A DNA stretch of 64,000 nucleotides from Harriotta raleighana (lineage: Eukaryota), in NCBI GenBank assembly GCA_050575255.1, contig JBNZDD010013677.1, forward strand, positions 1,174,584-1,238,583, read 5' to 3'. Shown here piece by piece: positions 54,001-61,362 of this stretch (position 1 is the first letter of the stretch; each line of letters opens with the position of its first letter). The notes under the pieces are model-generated. The model did no database searches. It saw only the letters and a list, made by a program, of their open reading frames with translations, and was not told where the DNA came from. The position numbers and the translations under genes were made by a program.

Positions 54001-57000
54001 TTCCTTAGGTGTCAGGACAGCCAAATTTACCTACTGTTNCTACACTGTACAATGAATCCCGTGACACATTTTGATAAAGTTACAAAGCTATGCTTATAAT
54101 AGAATTATTAATAAGGGTGCAAATTCCTTGATAAGGAATCTGAGTCGTGTGAATCAGGAATAATTCCTTATTTAAGGAAACTTGTCAATAATTGCCTCAA
54201 ATGAGATCTCTTACTTTGTCTCACGTAAATTGACCTTGTGCTGATTGCCCAGTGAATTGGGGAACTCACAATGCTTCAGTTCACTTTTGAACACTGCCTG
54301 CTCAACATCAGAGCTACTTTGATAGCCTAATCAGCGACTGAGGGGATGGTCACTCAACCTTAAGGGGGGTGAACGTACAGAGAGATCTGGGTGTTCAAGT
54401 AAGCGAATCATTAAAGGTAGCAGGGCAGGTAGATACGGCAGTAAAAAAAAGCATTTGGTGTATTGAGCTTTATTAGTAGGGCATAGAGTTTAAGAGTAGG
54501 GAAGTTATGGTCAATTTATACAAAACACTGGTTAGACCTTAGCTGGAGTACTGCGTCCAGTTCTGGGCACCTTATTCAGGAAGGACATTAAGGCACTGGA
54601 AAGGGTGCAGAGGAGATTGACGAGAACGATACCAGGAATGGGGAACCTTAGCTATGAGGAAAGGCTGGAGAAGTTAGGACTTTTCCCATTAGAGCAGAGA
54701 AGGTTACGCGGGGACCTGATAGAGGTCTTCAAGATCATGAAAGTTTTCGACAGGCTAGATAGGGAAAAGCTGTTTCTGCTGGTAGGTGTGTCTGTGACCT
54801 GTTGTCACAGTCTTAAGATATCTACCAAAAGAAGCAGAGGGGAGGTTAGAATAAATTTTTTTACTCAGCGAGTTGTTCGAACTTGGAATGATCCACCTGA
54901 AAGGGTAGTGAGGTCCGATTCGATAGTAGCTTTTAAGAGAGAACTGGATAGGTATCTGGGGAAGACGGGCTTGCAGGATTATGGGGAGAAAGCTGGTGAT
55001 TGGGGTTAATAAAAGTGACATTGCTCTGTCAAAGAGCCAGCACAGACTTGAGGGGCCGAATGGCCTCCTTCTGTGGCATAACCTTCTATGATTCTATGAT
55101 TTTGCCTCCTTGGTTCTCTTTAGCATTGATCAGAGAATGTGGCTGCAGGAGAGTAGTTGAGAGGCAATACTCTGCAATATCAGGCGATCACAGCCTGTCA
55201 GGGATATCACAGAGGAAACACAGCTAAATGCTGCCCTCACCACCTTGCTGCAAGGCTTCTTTCTACGTGGGGCCACTTGATGCTGATGGTGAATCCCGCT
55301 CCAGCTGAGAAATAGATAATAAATACTTATTTCCAATATTTTTTCCTTAGGGAGATCCAGGAAGTCCAGGGGAAAAGGGTTCCCCAGGAGATAGGGGGAA
55401 ATCTGGCATGCATGGGGGTCCAGGAAAGAGTGGCTCCATGGGGCCAATTGGACCCCGTGGTTCCCCTGGAGATAGAGGATCGCATGGATCACCAGGAGCA
55501 GCTGGTGTGCCAGGAACACCGGGAACAGGGGTAAGGATTTATTGTTTCGTCGTCACTTTCCATACCACACGGAGGTTTGCCACGGTAGACGTTTTAATCT
55601 CAGAAAGGAAGGTACAAGTCAGATCGCAAGAGAGGTTGGATTAATAAATTAATAAAGGTTTTGCCTCCTTGGCAAAAAGGAGGCTGTTTGGCCTATTTGA
55701 TGTCATCCTTGCTAAAGAGCTTGATGTTATAACAGGAAGATGGTAGGGCTGATACTGTGGAAGCACAACATCAAATAGGTCAAAGAGACTCCATTAGTCC
55801 AACTTCTATTATAGCCTGTATCAGAGCCAAATGACCAGAATAATACTGTAATAAATCATGTCATAAATCAAGAAAAAACTGAAAAACAAACGCTGCCAAT
55901 TGAACACACACCCTCCTAGACTTCTGCAATGAATGACAATCCTAATATTCCTTGTTTCTTTCCAACAGGCTGAATCCATTAACTTTGACGAGATCAGGAG
56001 GATGATAAGACAGGAAGTTATCAAGGTGTTCGATGGTAAATGCACAGTTGATTTCTTCCATTCCTTTAATTGTTTGTTTGGAGAACACTGACGGCCACCG
56101 ATTAGCTGCCACGTTCGCCTACAAAATATATTCACTATACAGTTCATGCTATCAAGTACTTGAGATATTCTCCTGATATGAAAAGCATTATGTTAAAGGC
56201 TTATTAATATTTATAATCTCAAATTCCTGACCTCTTCTCAAATCACTTATTGGCTGAGTAATCCACATTTAATTCACTGTTGTAAAGCATCAACCTTCAA
56301 TATTACCAGGCACAGAGTAGTGATGTGATCAAAGTCAAAGTGGGATTGGAAATGGAGAAGCTTATGTCTGTTTCACTATCCTCCTCCGGGAGGTAAGGGG
56401 ATCATTGTGTTTGAGCTCCGAGGTGATAAATCCAATAAAAACGGATGTGGGTATGTTCATTTCTGCAGTATCTGAGCCTGGCAGTATGGCTTTACTCTGG
56501 GAAACTGTTGAATGGCAGAATGAAGCTATCTACCTCAGGAAATGTTGTGGAGAGGAAAACCACCCACCTGGCCTTTCCTCCCCATGAGGGAAAGTCACAG
56601 GGACCCTCCATTACAGTTGGGAATGGAATCAAGTGAGTTTAGGACACAGTTACACTCTCAGTTAGGAACTTATGAATGTGGGCCTGATAAAATGGTTAAA
56701 TCGGAAATAAATAGACAGCAATTGTTACATATAACATAGTTGAGACCTCTCAAAGTATTTCACAGGTAATACTGTGAAGTGTTTGACTGTATATTGTCAA
56801 TATACATATGTTGTCAAGTGTTTGGCTGTATATTGTCAAATTCGAAGCACTCGGGCATTGGATGATTCCGAGGCTTGTCTGTTAAATCCTTTAATCCTGC
56901 TCCACCAACCGCTGGATGATTCCGGCTATATATTGTCAAGTGTTTGACTGTATTAAATGTAGCAGCCTGTTTTGCATAGCAGGATCCCACAAACAGCCAT

Positions 57001-58945
57001 AGAGTGAGTGACCAATTTTATTTGGGGGATTATTGGCCAGGACAATGGGTGAAACTCCCTTCTCTTTTCGAATAGTGGCATGGGATCTTTTATGTCCACC
57101 TGAAGAGACACAAGGGACCTCAGTTTAATGTCTCATCCAAATGACAGCATCTGTGACAAAACAACGCCATCCGACCCAGCACTCCGTTGAAGATTTAGCT
57201 TAGACTATGTGATTGCAATTCCTGATGTGGGGCTTGAACCCCAAACCTTCTGACTCAGAGTACAGTGCCAATAAAGCCTATCAAGAAAGGGTAGGTCCAT
57301 CTAGAGCAGAAGTACACACATTTTAACACAATCTGAATATCTCAAGTAGCTGACTAGAAGCCTTGTACTTCCTTGTGATGAAAATTGTGAGTTCTCAGTG
57401 TTACATTACAGCCAGTTTGGAGGTTGCTGACAGCCTTGTGTTATGTTCTTTAGAAAGAATGGCTTACTACCTGTCCCGAATGCAGACGCCATCAGAGATA
57501 ACGACCTCTGGCAGGCCAGGCTCTCCTGGAAAATCAGGAAACCCTGGTATCCCAGGGGCATCAGGACAACCCGGAATTCCAGGACAGATCGGAAGAGAAG
57601 GACGTCCGGGGTTACCTGGGCCTAAAGGTAATGAGAGCCTACACTGTAAGAGTTAGTGCGTGGAGTATTTTGATTAGTTTACAATAAAAATAATACATAA
57701 TTAATATAATAACAATATTGCTATTAATCTCTGGAAAATACAGAGCTCTGCCCAAATCATATTTACAGTAACTTCTACACAGATATTCTGTTTCTCAGCA
57801 TTAAGAGAACCAAATGCTGTGAACATCAACCCTCCTTGTAATTATCAGCAACAATTTATTGTTGTAGTTGTAATTATGTGTGTATACCCCCTCCTTTCCT
57901 ATCTTCCTCCTACCCCAACCCCTCCCCTTGCCCTCTTTCCCCCTTTCATCCCTGGCCCCCTCGCTTCCATGACTGTTTGTGGGACACTGTTGTGCGCAAT
58001 TTGGCTGCCGCGTTTCGCCCACAAATATGCAGTCAGTTTTTCCTGTTTTTCTTCCCTCGACCCCTCCCCCCACTTGACTGTACAGCACCTTGGGACGTCC
58101 TCCTGATGTGAAAGGCGCTATATAAATATAATATATAAATAAAATAAATAAATAAAAATAAATCTTCAGAGTGTGCCTGAAGACCTTTCTCTTCGACCGT
58201 GTTTATGGTCACCCTGTCTTGGCCTCGGGCTTCACCATTGTGAAGTGCTTTGAGACGGCGCCCGGCATGTAGGGCGCCATATAAATGCAAGTTGTTGTTG
58301 TTGTATCTAAAAGGATTCATTATCTGTAATCTTCCAATGTAAATTGAATTCATTTCAGTCAAAATGCTAATTGTTGAAATGTTTCTTGAAACAGGCGAAT
58401 CTGGTATGAAGGGTGAACGTGGGATGCAGGGAATAGGCAACATGGGAGATTCGGGGCCACATGGGCCTCAAGGTGAGTGAGGGGCTGTGATGTTCAATAC
58501 GAGTGGTATCTCCTCAGACTTGCTCTTCACTAGTCTTTCCTCCTCCAATTCCTCAACCCCTTGAGCGTGTTCCACCGTTCTATAAGATCAAGGCTGATAC
58601 CTGTACCTTAGGTCCAATTACCCAGCCTTGCCCTATATCGCTTAATATCTAGACCTAACAAATATCTATCCACCTCAGTCAATAATTAGCAAGTGTTCAA
58701 TGAACCATTCCAGATAGTAATATTTCTTTTCCTGTGTTTCAGGATTGCCGGGACCCCCGGGATATGGTAAATTGGGACCACCAGGTCCGGCAGGACAGCA
58801 GGGAATTCCTGGCGTTCAAGGTCCTGCTGGCCACCAAGGATCAACGGGGAAAGATGGTCGTTGTTTACCCTCGGATTGCCATATGAGGGATCCAGAGCCT
58901 TATAACCCCAAGAATTCAAAAGGACCACCTTATTGGACCAAATGA
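49..58945 (+). CDS. COL16A1: Collagen type XVI alpha 1 (FACIT collagen), 5'-partial multi-exon gene; 56 coding exons in window, 1244 aa to stop
   Basis: 56 AG/GT(GC)-bounded exons splice in frame into Gly-X-Y domains with CxxC interruptions. NC2 [33 protein letters not shown] and the end GRCLPSDC...KGP resemble my recollection of human COL16A1 (NYDEIKRFIRQEIIKMFDERMAYYTSRMQ; GHCNPSDC...KGPFG). Confidence 0.95.
818..1123 (+). mobile_element. tRNA-derived SINE (young family), near full length
   Basis: A-box TAGCTCAGTGG, body GTGGGACAC.GCTGTGCGCAATTGG, L2-like tail, (ATT)n end. Confidence 0.9.
2776..2862 (+). CDS. COL16A1: COL16A1 exon w2 (87 bp) [29 protein letters not shown]
   Basis: cag/gtaag, Gly-X-Y. 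Confidence 0.93.
3983..4021 (+). CDS. COL16A1: COL16A1 exon w3 (39 bp) [13 protein letters not shown]
   Basis: aag/gtgag, Gly-X-Y with GG imperfection. Confidence 0.9.
5496..5603. mobile_element. 108-bp mini-MITE with 20-bp TIRs CAGGGTGACCAA(A/G)AAGTCAT
   Basis: TIRs match 19/20; internal inverted AAATAAATC/GATTTATTT; flanks are not TA. Confidence 0.7.
5700..6385 (+). mobile_element. Old DeuSINE (SacSINE1/AmnSINE1-like) interrupted by a young SINE
   Basis: GTTCAAG..CC..CCAGGACTT..GGCTGAC..CCAGTG, then GATGAGAC..AACCAAGG.CCCGTC.GCC, CCGGTGTCCTGGCCAA, GCAAATTGGCT. Confidence 0.75.
5786..6099 (+). mobile_element. Young tRNA-derived SINE, full length, nested
   Basis: GGAGCTCCTGTAGCTCAGTGGTTAGAGC...GCAAGGATTATTATT. 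Confidence 0.92.
6617..6661 (+). CDS. COL16A1: COL16A1 exon w4 (45 bp) [15 protein letters not shown]
   Basis: tag/gtgag, Gly-X-Y. Confidence 0.92.
7301..7336 (+). CDS. COL16A1: COL16A1 exon w5 (36 bp) [12 protein letters not shown]
   Basis: cag/gtgct, Gly-X-Y. Confidence 0.9.
7920..8027 (+). CDS. COL16A1: COL16A1 exon w6 (108 bp), CxxC module 1: [14 protein letters not shown]...GKGEPGNP
   Basis: tag/gtaaa, open frame, CxxC. Confidence 0.88.
11105..11140 (+). CDS. COL16A1: COL16A1 exon w7 (36 bp) [12 protein letters not shown]
   Basis: tag/gtgag, Gly-X-Y. Confidence 0.9.
11564..11882. mobile_element. hAT (Charlie-like) MITE inserted into a SINE
   Basis: Ends CAGTGGTTCGTAACC / GGTTGGGACCCATAG; 8-bp TSD CAATATAC / CAATACAC. 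Confidence 0.85.
13029..13064 (+). CDS. COL16A1: COL16A1 exon w8 (36 bp) [12 protein letters not shown]
   Basis: cag/gtgcg, Gly-X-Y. Confidence 0.9.
13536..13658 (+). CDS. COL16A1: COL16A1 exon w9 (123 bp), CxxC module 2: [14 protein letters not shown]...GNYGKP
   Basis: cag/gtgag, CxxC, aligns without gaps to exon w17. Confidence 0.9.
15451..15495 (+). CDS. COL16A1: COL16A1 exon w10 (45 bp) [15 protein letters not shown]
   Basis: cag/gtaag, Gly-X-Y. Confidence 0.93.
15508..16950 (+). mobile_element. CR1 LINE, 5'-truncated, spanning an assembly gap
   Basis: [11 protein letters not shown]...[15 protein letters not shown] (CR1 ORF2); after the gap [26 protein letters not shown]; tail GGGCCGAATGGCCTCC..TTCTATGA. 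Confidence 0.92.
15700..16567. other. Assembly gap (N run)
   Basis: Run of Ns. Confidence 0.99.
17639..17674 (+). CDS. COL16A1: COL16A1 exon w11 (36 bp) [12 protein letters not shown]
   Basis: cag/gtgag, Gly-X-Y. Confidence 0.92.
18310..18363 (+). CDS. COL16A1: COL16A1 exon w12 (54 bp) [18 protein letters not shown]
   Basis: tag/gtaag, Gly-X-Y. Confidence 0.92.
18641..18694 (+). CDS. COL16A1: COL16A1 exon w13 (54 bp) [18 protein letters not shown]
   Basis: aag/gttgg, Gly-X-Y. Confidence 0.92.
18765..19074 (+). mobile_element. Young tRNA-derived SINE, full length
   Basis: A-box and B-box (GTTCGAACCC), same body and tail as 5786..6099. Confidence 0.92.
19384..19509 (+). CDS. COL16A1: COL16A1 exon w14 (126 bp), CxxC module 3: [16 protein letters not shown]...SQIQIP
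   Basis: cag/gtgag, CxxC, open frame; 3' half largely non-collagenous. Confidence 0.8.
20584..20619 (+). CDS. COL16A1: COL16A1 exon w15 (36 bp) [12 protein letters not shown]
   Basis: cag/gtacg, Gly-X-Y. Confidence 0.92.
21456..21563 (+). CDS. COL16A1: COL16A1 exon w16 (108 bp) [12 protein letters not shown]...GLKGQK
   Basis: tag/gtgag, 12 perfect triplets. Confidence 0.93.
21830..22160 (+). mobile_element. Young tRNA-derived SINE, full length
   Basis: GGAGTCCTGTAGCTCAATGG...GTTCGAATCC...GCAAGGATT. Confidence 0.92.
22678..24152. repeat. Near-identical direct duplication (22678..23414 / 23416..24152; offset 738) joined by a single N; probable assembly artefact
   Basis: Copies differ at about 2 positions seen; N at 23415. 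Confidence 0.9.
24263..24385 (+). CDS. COL16A1: COL16A1 exon w17 (123 bp), CxxC module 4: [14 protein letters not shown]...GEPGKH
   Basis: cag/gtgag, CxxC followed by Gly-X-Y. Confidence 0.93.
25523..25576 (+). CDS. COL16A1: COL16A1 exon w18 (54 bp) [18 protein letters not shown]
   Basis: tag/gtaag. Confidence 0.93.
25657..25698 (+). CDS. COL16A1: COL16A1 exon w19 (42 bp) [14 protein letters not shown]
   Basis: cag/gtgag; 80-bp upstream intron. Confidence 0.88.
26131..26166 (+). CDS. COL16A1: COL16A1 exon w20 (36 bp) [12 protein letters not shown]
   Basis: cag/gtaag. Confidence 0.92.
26661..26714 (+). CDS. COL16A1: COL16A1 exon w21 (54 bp) [18 protein letters not shown]
   Basis: cag/gtaag. 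Confidence 0.93.
27273..27341 (+). CDS. COL16A1: COL16A1 exon w22 (69 bp) [23 protein letters not shown]
   Basis: cag/gtaag. Confidence 0.93.
28213..28599. mobile_element. Tigger/pogo-like MITE inserted in a SINE tail
   Basis: Ends CAGTAAAAGT..ATAATCTGGCA / TGCCGGATTAAAAGACTTTTACTG followed by TA. Confidence 0.75.
28974..29027 (+). CDS. COL16A1: COL16A1 exon w23 (54 bp) [18 protein letters not shown]
   Basis: tag/gtaag. Confidence 0.93.
29385..29411 (+). CDS. COL16A1: COL16A1 exon w24 (27 bp micro-exon) GVTGGKGEK
   Basis: tag/gtaag, 3 triplets. Confidence 0.88.
30064..30159 (+). CDS. COL16A1: COL16A1 exon w25 (96 bp) [12 protein letters not shown]...GYPGAS (CxC)
   Basis: tag/gtaag; CxC like the recalled human GECSC. 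Confidence 0.9.
31121..31174 (+). CDS. COL16A1: COL16A1 exon w26 (54 bp) [18 protein letters not shown]
   Basis: cag/gtgaa, in frame, partly Gly-X-Y; acceptor somewhat uncertain. Confidence 0.65.
31420..31491 (+). CDS. COL16A1: COL16A1 exon w27 (72 bp) [24 protein letters not shown]
   Basis: cag/gtgag. Confidence 0.92.
31610..32030 (-). mobile_element. L2-type LINE 3' fragment
   Basis: (CAA)n CTTGCATTTATATAG tail on the minus strand; translation ...[21 protein letters not shown]; similar copies near 24420, 37710, 51610, 52790 (-) and 13100, 62840, 63720 (+). Confidence 0.8.
33550..33807 (-). mobile_element. Young tRNA-derived SINE (internally shortened)
   Basis: Reverse complement of the SINE head and tail. 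Confidence 0.88.
34093..34146 (+). CDS. COL16A1: COL16A1 exon w28 (54 bp) [18 protein letters not shown]
   Basis: cag/gtgag. Confidence 0.93.
34771..35126. repeat. Long inverted repeat (arms 34771..34894 and 35003..35126)
   Basis: Arms of about 124 bp are clearly reverse-complementary, with scattered mismatches. Confidence 0.9.
35288..35332 (+). CDS. COL16A1: COL16A1 exon w29 (45 bp, non-collagenous) [15 protein letters not shown]
   Basis: Strong pyrimidine tract, tag/gtgag; resembles recalled human ...SLPIEQHLLK. Confidence 0.82.
36773..36889 (+). CDS. COL16A1: COL16A1 exon w30 (117 bp) [12 protein letters not shown]...GINHCEK
   Basis: cag/gtcag; ICGxC motif. Confidence 0.9.
38455..38499 (+). 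CDS. COL16A1: COL16A1 exon w31 (45 bp, non-collagenous) [15 protein letters not shown]
   Basis: cag/gtatg; resembles recalled human CFLSLERPRAEEAR. Confidence 0.82.
39402..39482 (+). CDS. COL16A1: COL16A1 exon w32 (81 bp) [27 protein letters not shown]
   Basis: cag/gtgag. Confidence 0.9.
40152..40442 (-). mobile_element. tRNA-derived SINE, full length (a 3' half copy is at 39700..39915)
   Basis: Reverse complement of A-box head, body and ATT tail. Confidence 0.85.
40706..40750 (+). CDS. COL16A1: COL16A1 exon w33 (45 bp) [15 protein letters not shown]
   Basis: cag/gtaag. Confidence 0.93.
41741..41785 (+). CDS. COL16A1: COL16A1 exon w34 (45 bp) [15 protein letters not shown]
   Basis: cag/gtaag. 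Confidence 0.93.
42393..42446 (+). CDS. COL16A1: COL16A1 exon w35 (54 bp) [18 protein letters not shown]
   Basis: cag/gtgag; GLQGER motif. Confidence 0.94.
43864..43917 (+). CDS. COL16A1: COL16A1 exon w36 (54 bp) [18 protein letters not shown]
   Basis: (CT)n tract then cag; gtagg donor. Confidence 0.93.
44938..44991 (+). CDS. COL16A1: COL16A1 exon w37 (54 bp) [18 protein letters not shown]
   Basis: cag/gtgag. Confidence 0.93.
45237..45281 (+). CDS. COL16A1: COL16A1 exon w38 (45 bp) [15 protein letters not shown]
   Basis: cag/gtgag. Confidence 0.93.
46019..46072 (+). CDS. COL16A1: COL16A1 exon w39 (54 bp) [18 protein letters not shown]
   Basis: cag/gttag. Confidence 0.93.
46641..46676 (+). 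CDS. COL16A1: COL16A1 exon w40 (36 bp) [12 protein letters not shown]
   Basis: cag/gtgag. Confidence 0.93.
46755..47060 (+). mobile_element. Old DeuSINE (SacSINE1-like)
   Basis: tRNA-like head GCGCAGTTGGTAGCA..TCTGAG..GTTCAAGCCCC, then TCTAGGCTGA, GGATGAGAC, CAGGTGG, TGGCCAA. Confidence 0.7.
47690..47752 (+). CDS. COL16A1: COL16A1 exon w41 (63 bp) [21 protein letters not shown]
   Basis: tag/gtgag. Confidence 0.92.
48206..48277 (+). CDS. COL16A1: COL16A1 exon w42 (72 bp) [24 protein letters not shown]
   Basis: cag/gtgag. Confidence 0.93.
49266..49654. mobile_element. Tigger/pogo-like MITE, 389 bp, TA TSD
   Basis: TA|CAATAAAACCCCGTTTATCC ... GGATGAACGAGGTTTTACTG|TA. Confidence 0.9.
49796..49849 (+). 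CDS. COL16A1: COL16A1 exon w43 (54 bp) [18 protein letters not shown]
   Basis: cag/gtagg. Confidence 0.93.
49935..49979 (+). CDS. COL16A1: COL16A1 exon w44 (45 bp) [15 protein letters not shown]
   Basis: cag/gtaaa; 85-bp upstream intron. Confidence 0.93.
50075..50119 (+). CDS. COL16A1: COL16A1 exon w45 (45 bp) [15 protein letters not shown]
   Basis: aag/gtagg. Confidence 0.92.
50707..50760 (+). CDS. COL16A1: COL16A1 exon w46 (54 bp) [20 protein letters not shown] donor
   Basis: cag acceptor; donor GAG|gcaagt. Confidence 0.9.
51082..51135 (+). CDS. COL16A1: COL16A1 exon w47 (54 bp) [18 protein letters not shown]
   Basis: cag/gtgag. Confidence 0.93.
51270..51450. repeat. Minisatellite, ~33-bp unit CAGTAACACACTGTGTGAGAGTGTCAC...
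   Basis: About 5-6 degenerate tandem units. Confidence 0.8.
51484..51534 (+). CDS. COL16A1: COL16A1 exon w48 (51 bp) [17 protein letters not shown]
   Basis: cag/gtgag; ends in a Gly-X imperfection. Confidence 0.92.
51925..52220. repeat. Minisatellite, ~40-bp unit TGTTATACACTGACTCAGCACAGC(TC)n
   Basis: About 7 degenerate tandem units. Confidence 0.8.
52336..52425 (+). CDS. COL16A1: COL16A1 exon w49 (90 bp) [15 protein letters not shown]...GLA
   Basis: cag/gtagg. Confidence 0.93.
53198..53233 (+). CDS. COL16A1: COL16A1 exon w50 (36 bp) [12 protein letters not shown]
   Basis: tag/gtaca. Confidence 0.92.
53905..53949 (+). CDS. COL16A1: COL16A1 exon w51 (45 bp) [17 protein letters not shown] donor
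   Basis: tag acceptor; donor AAG|gcaagt. Confidence 0.9.
54345..55100 (+). mobile_element. CR1 LINE 3' end, frameshifted
   Basis: [54 protein letters not shown]; tail (TTCTATGA)2. Confidence 0.93.
55351..55530 (+). CDS. COL16A1: COL16A1 exon w52 (180 bp) GDPGSPGEK...[11 protein letters not shown]...GTPGTG
   Basis: tag/gtaag; 20 triplets. Confidence 0.95.
55969..56035 (+). CDS. COL16A1: COL16A1 exon w53 (67 bp), NC2: [22 protein letters not shown]
   Basis: cag/gtaaa, ends phase 1. Confidence 0.94.
56720..57270 (-). mobile_element. Old DeuSINE (SacSINE1-like)
   Basis: Minus-strand Deu motifs: CCCACAAACAGC, TTGGCCAGGAC, GGGATCTTTTATGTCCACCTGA, GTCTCATCC, GGGCTTGAACCC..CCTTCTGACTCAGA. Confidence 0.8.
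57454..57627 (+). CDS. COL16A1: COL16A1 exon w54 (174 bp), NC2/COL1: (E)[22 protein letters not shown]...GPK
   Basis: tag/gtaat, phase 1-1. Confidence 0.95.
58395..58472 (+). CDS. COL16A1: COL16A1 exon w55 (78 bp) (G)[25 protein letters not shown]
   Basis: cag/gtgag, phase 1-1; FACIT-type GI-G imperfection. Confidence 0.93.
58743..58945 (+). CDS. COL16A1: COL16A1 terminal coding exon w56: COL1 end and NC1 ...[32 protein letters not shown]
   Basis: cag acceptor; GYGK imperfection; FACIT C-x4-C; TGA ends at 58945. Confidence 0.95.
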
Positions 58946-60469
58946 GACTTTATATTTTTTTACGGGGAAGATTATGGGGGAATGGGAGGGTGGGTGGGGG
59001 TGCTTATATTTGCAAATGTGTTCAAGTCCAGATCTTTTCCCTTGTTATTCCTTTGGATGAAGGCTTCTCATGTGGACAAACATCACCTGATATGTTCCTG
59101 GGTGACGGATTCAAAGCTTAGTCACTGGGACTGAGCCCCAGTTCATCAGCCAACAGATGAATTCCAACCCCAGATAACCAAGGTTTGCATTGACATAGTA
59201 TATCCATGTGTGGGTTCCAACAATGGGGTAGAGTACCAAGTTTTATCTTCCCCTTCCAACCACACACACACACACAGCACCACACACGTGGTGGGCAGTA
59301 GGCAGCAGTCATGGGGTTGCTCTCTTCTGCCACCTAGTGGTCAAATTGTAGCTTCATTGGGAACCACAGCAGTGATGGCATCAGAGGATTGTGAGAAATG
59401 TGTTTGGGACTATGTCGGTCTCAATACAATTTCGAATGGATCTGATCTTACAGCACAAAACTGCTCACAAATTAGCACTAACTTAAGGATTTTGTATTGA
59501 CGGGTGTGGGAAGGACCTCTGGCACAGGACGAGGCAAGGAGGGTGGTTTTCTGATGCAGGGATTGTTACCTATTGCAGTTATTCTTCTCCATGTCCTCCG
59601 GGTGTTGAATTCATGTGCTGACATGGGCTCAATTGCTGTAATTTGTACCTTTTGCCAATTTTCTCCTATGTGCTTGCAAATGAAAGCAGTGCAGTTTCCA
59701 AAGTATATTTTTTATGTTAGCCTTGTTATCTGTCATTTATAATCACAACATCTCTAAATTCAAAGCATTGAGGGACAAATGAGCAAAGTTTACTCAATGG
59801 AGCAGGACAAGGGTTTAGTTTATCATCAACAAGGTTACTACCTGGAGCATAATAACCTCAGAAATACCATACACTCACTGGGTCTGACCAGGCTATATGC
59901 TCATACTGGAGTCTACCCCATGCTGATCTCGGAGCAGGAATGGGCCATTCAGCTCCTCAAGCCTCTTCCACCATTCTGTTAGATCATGGCTAATCCATAC
60001 CTCCAACTCCAACAACAAACAACAAAACTACATTTGTAGAGCACCTTTCATGTCAGGAGGACATCCCAATTACCCACCTTTACCCTATATTTCTTGATAC
60101 CCTGCCCTAACAAATATCTATTCACTTCAGTCTTGAAAGTTTAAACGGGTCCAGTGTCCATATCTTTTTGGGGGAGAAAATTCCAGATTTCCACTACCCT
60201 TTGGATGAAAAAATGCTTCCTGATTTTGCTCCAATTTTAAGATTATGACCTCTTGATCTCTTAACATCAGCAATCGTGTCTTTACCATCTTAGAACAGGA
60301 ACTCACCATAAAATACGTCACAGTGAGGCTTGTGGGGAGTTTTGCCTTAATAGTGAAGAGATTGTGTTCTTAGAGTGATCTGAGTGTTAAAATTTAGAAA
60401 TGAATTCTGTCCCTCACCAATAATTCCCTCACTTTGAAAGAGTGCAAAAAAATTGACCGCATATAATGA

Positions 60470-60475
60470 AATAAA
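60470..60475 (+). terminator. Candidate polyadenylation signal AATAAA (would give a ~1.5 kb 3' UTR)
   Basis: First AATAAA I found after the stop codon; some GT-rich sequence follows; no transcript support. Confidence 0.35.
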
Positions 60476-60659
60476 CTATCATTGCATTTTACAGCAATTG
60501 TGTAGCGGACTGTCTTGTCAACTCATTAATTTCATGATGGTGTGGAATAATAATAATAATCCTCATATTTGATATAGCGCCTTAACACGTCTCCGAGACG
60601 TATCAAAGCATTTCACAGAGTATACTTTAGAGTGATGAACTTAAATTGTAAAAGAAGTA

Positions 60660-61331
60660 AACTTGCATAACTCGTTAGTTAAATGCAGTTGGAATATTGT
60701 GTAGAATATTGGTCACCCCACTTTAGGAAAGATGTCAAGGTTAAAGAAGGGGTGCAGAAGATACAGGGGATGAGTAGTTTGTCTTATGAGAGGAGACTGG
60801 AGGAACTGGAACTTTTTTGATGTAACAAAGAATATTGAGTGGTGATCTGATAGAGATCTCTAAAATTCTGAGGGGTTTTGATAGAGTCCAGCACGTTAGG
60901 AAGTCTTCCCAGCTTGAAAAGCTCTATACAAGTGTAATTACAGTAAAACTTTGTCCATCCGTGACCCAATCAACCGTAACCCGATTCAATTGCTCGACCC
61001 CCTCCCGGGACAATTCCCCATTCCAGAATCGCGAGTTTGCTTATTTTGGGCATGTGTGCACTGTGTGCACATGCGCACTTAGTAAACTTATGCACTTGGG
61101 TTTTTTACCGATCAGTAAAAAATGCTGTTTTACCGATTTTTTTTTCCCCCGACTGTGCTGGAATGCTTTATTGGTAAGTATCCAAACAATATTCTGCTAC
61201 TATGTAGTGTATTATTAACATGGTATGTTTTAAAATAAGTACATTTTTTATGTTGGGTTTTCAGCGACTTGTTCCCCGTTTATCCGGCACCATCAATTAG
61301 TCGAACCCCCCTCTCCCCCNNNNNNNNNNCA

Positions 61332-61362
<31 letters not shown>

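Noticed and set aside
54605-55009. 134-aa ORF
   Set aside because: C-terminal piece of a frameshifted CR1 ORF2, not a host gene
49-58945. Alternative identity as COL19A1, COL9A1, COL21A1 or COL22A1
   Set aside because: Repeated CxxC interruptions, [11 protein letters not shown], the NC2 FDERMAYY motif and the CxPSDC...KGP end fit COL16A1 as I recall it; reciprocal BLAST would confirm
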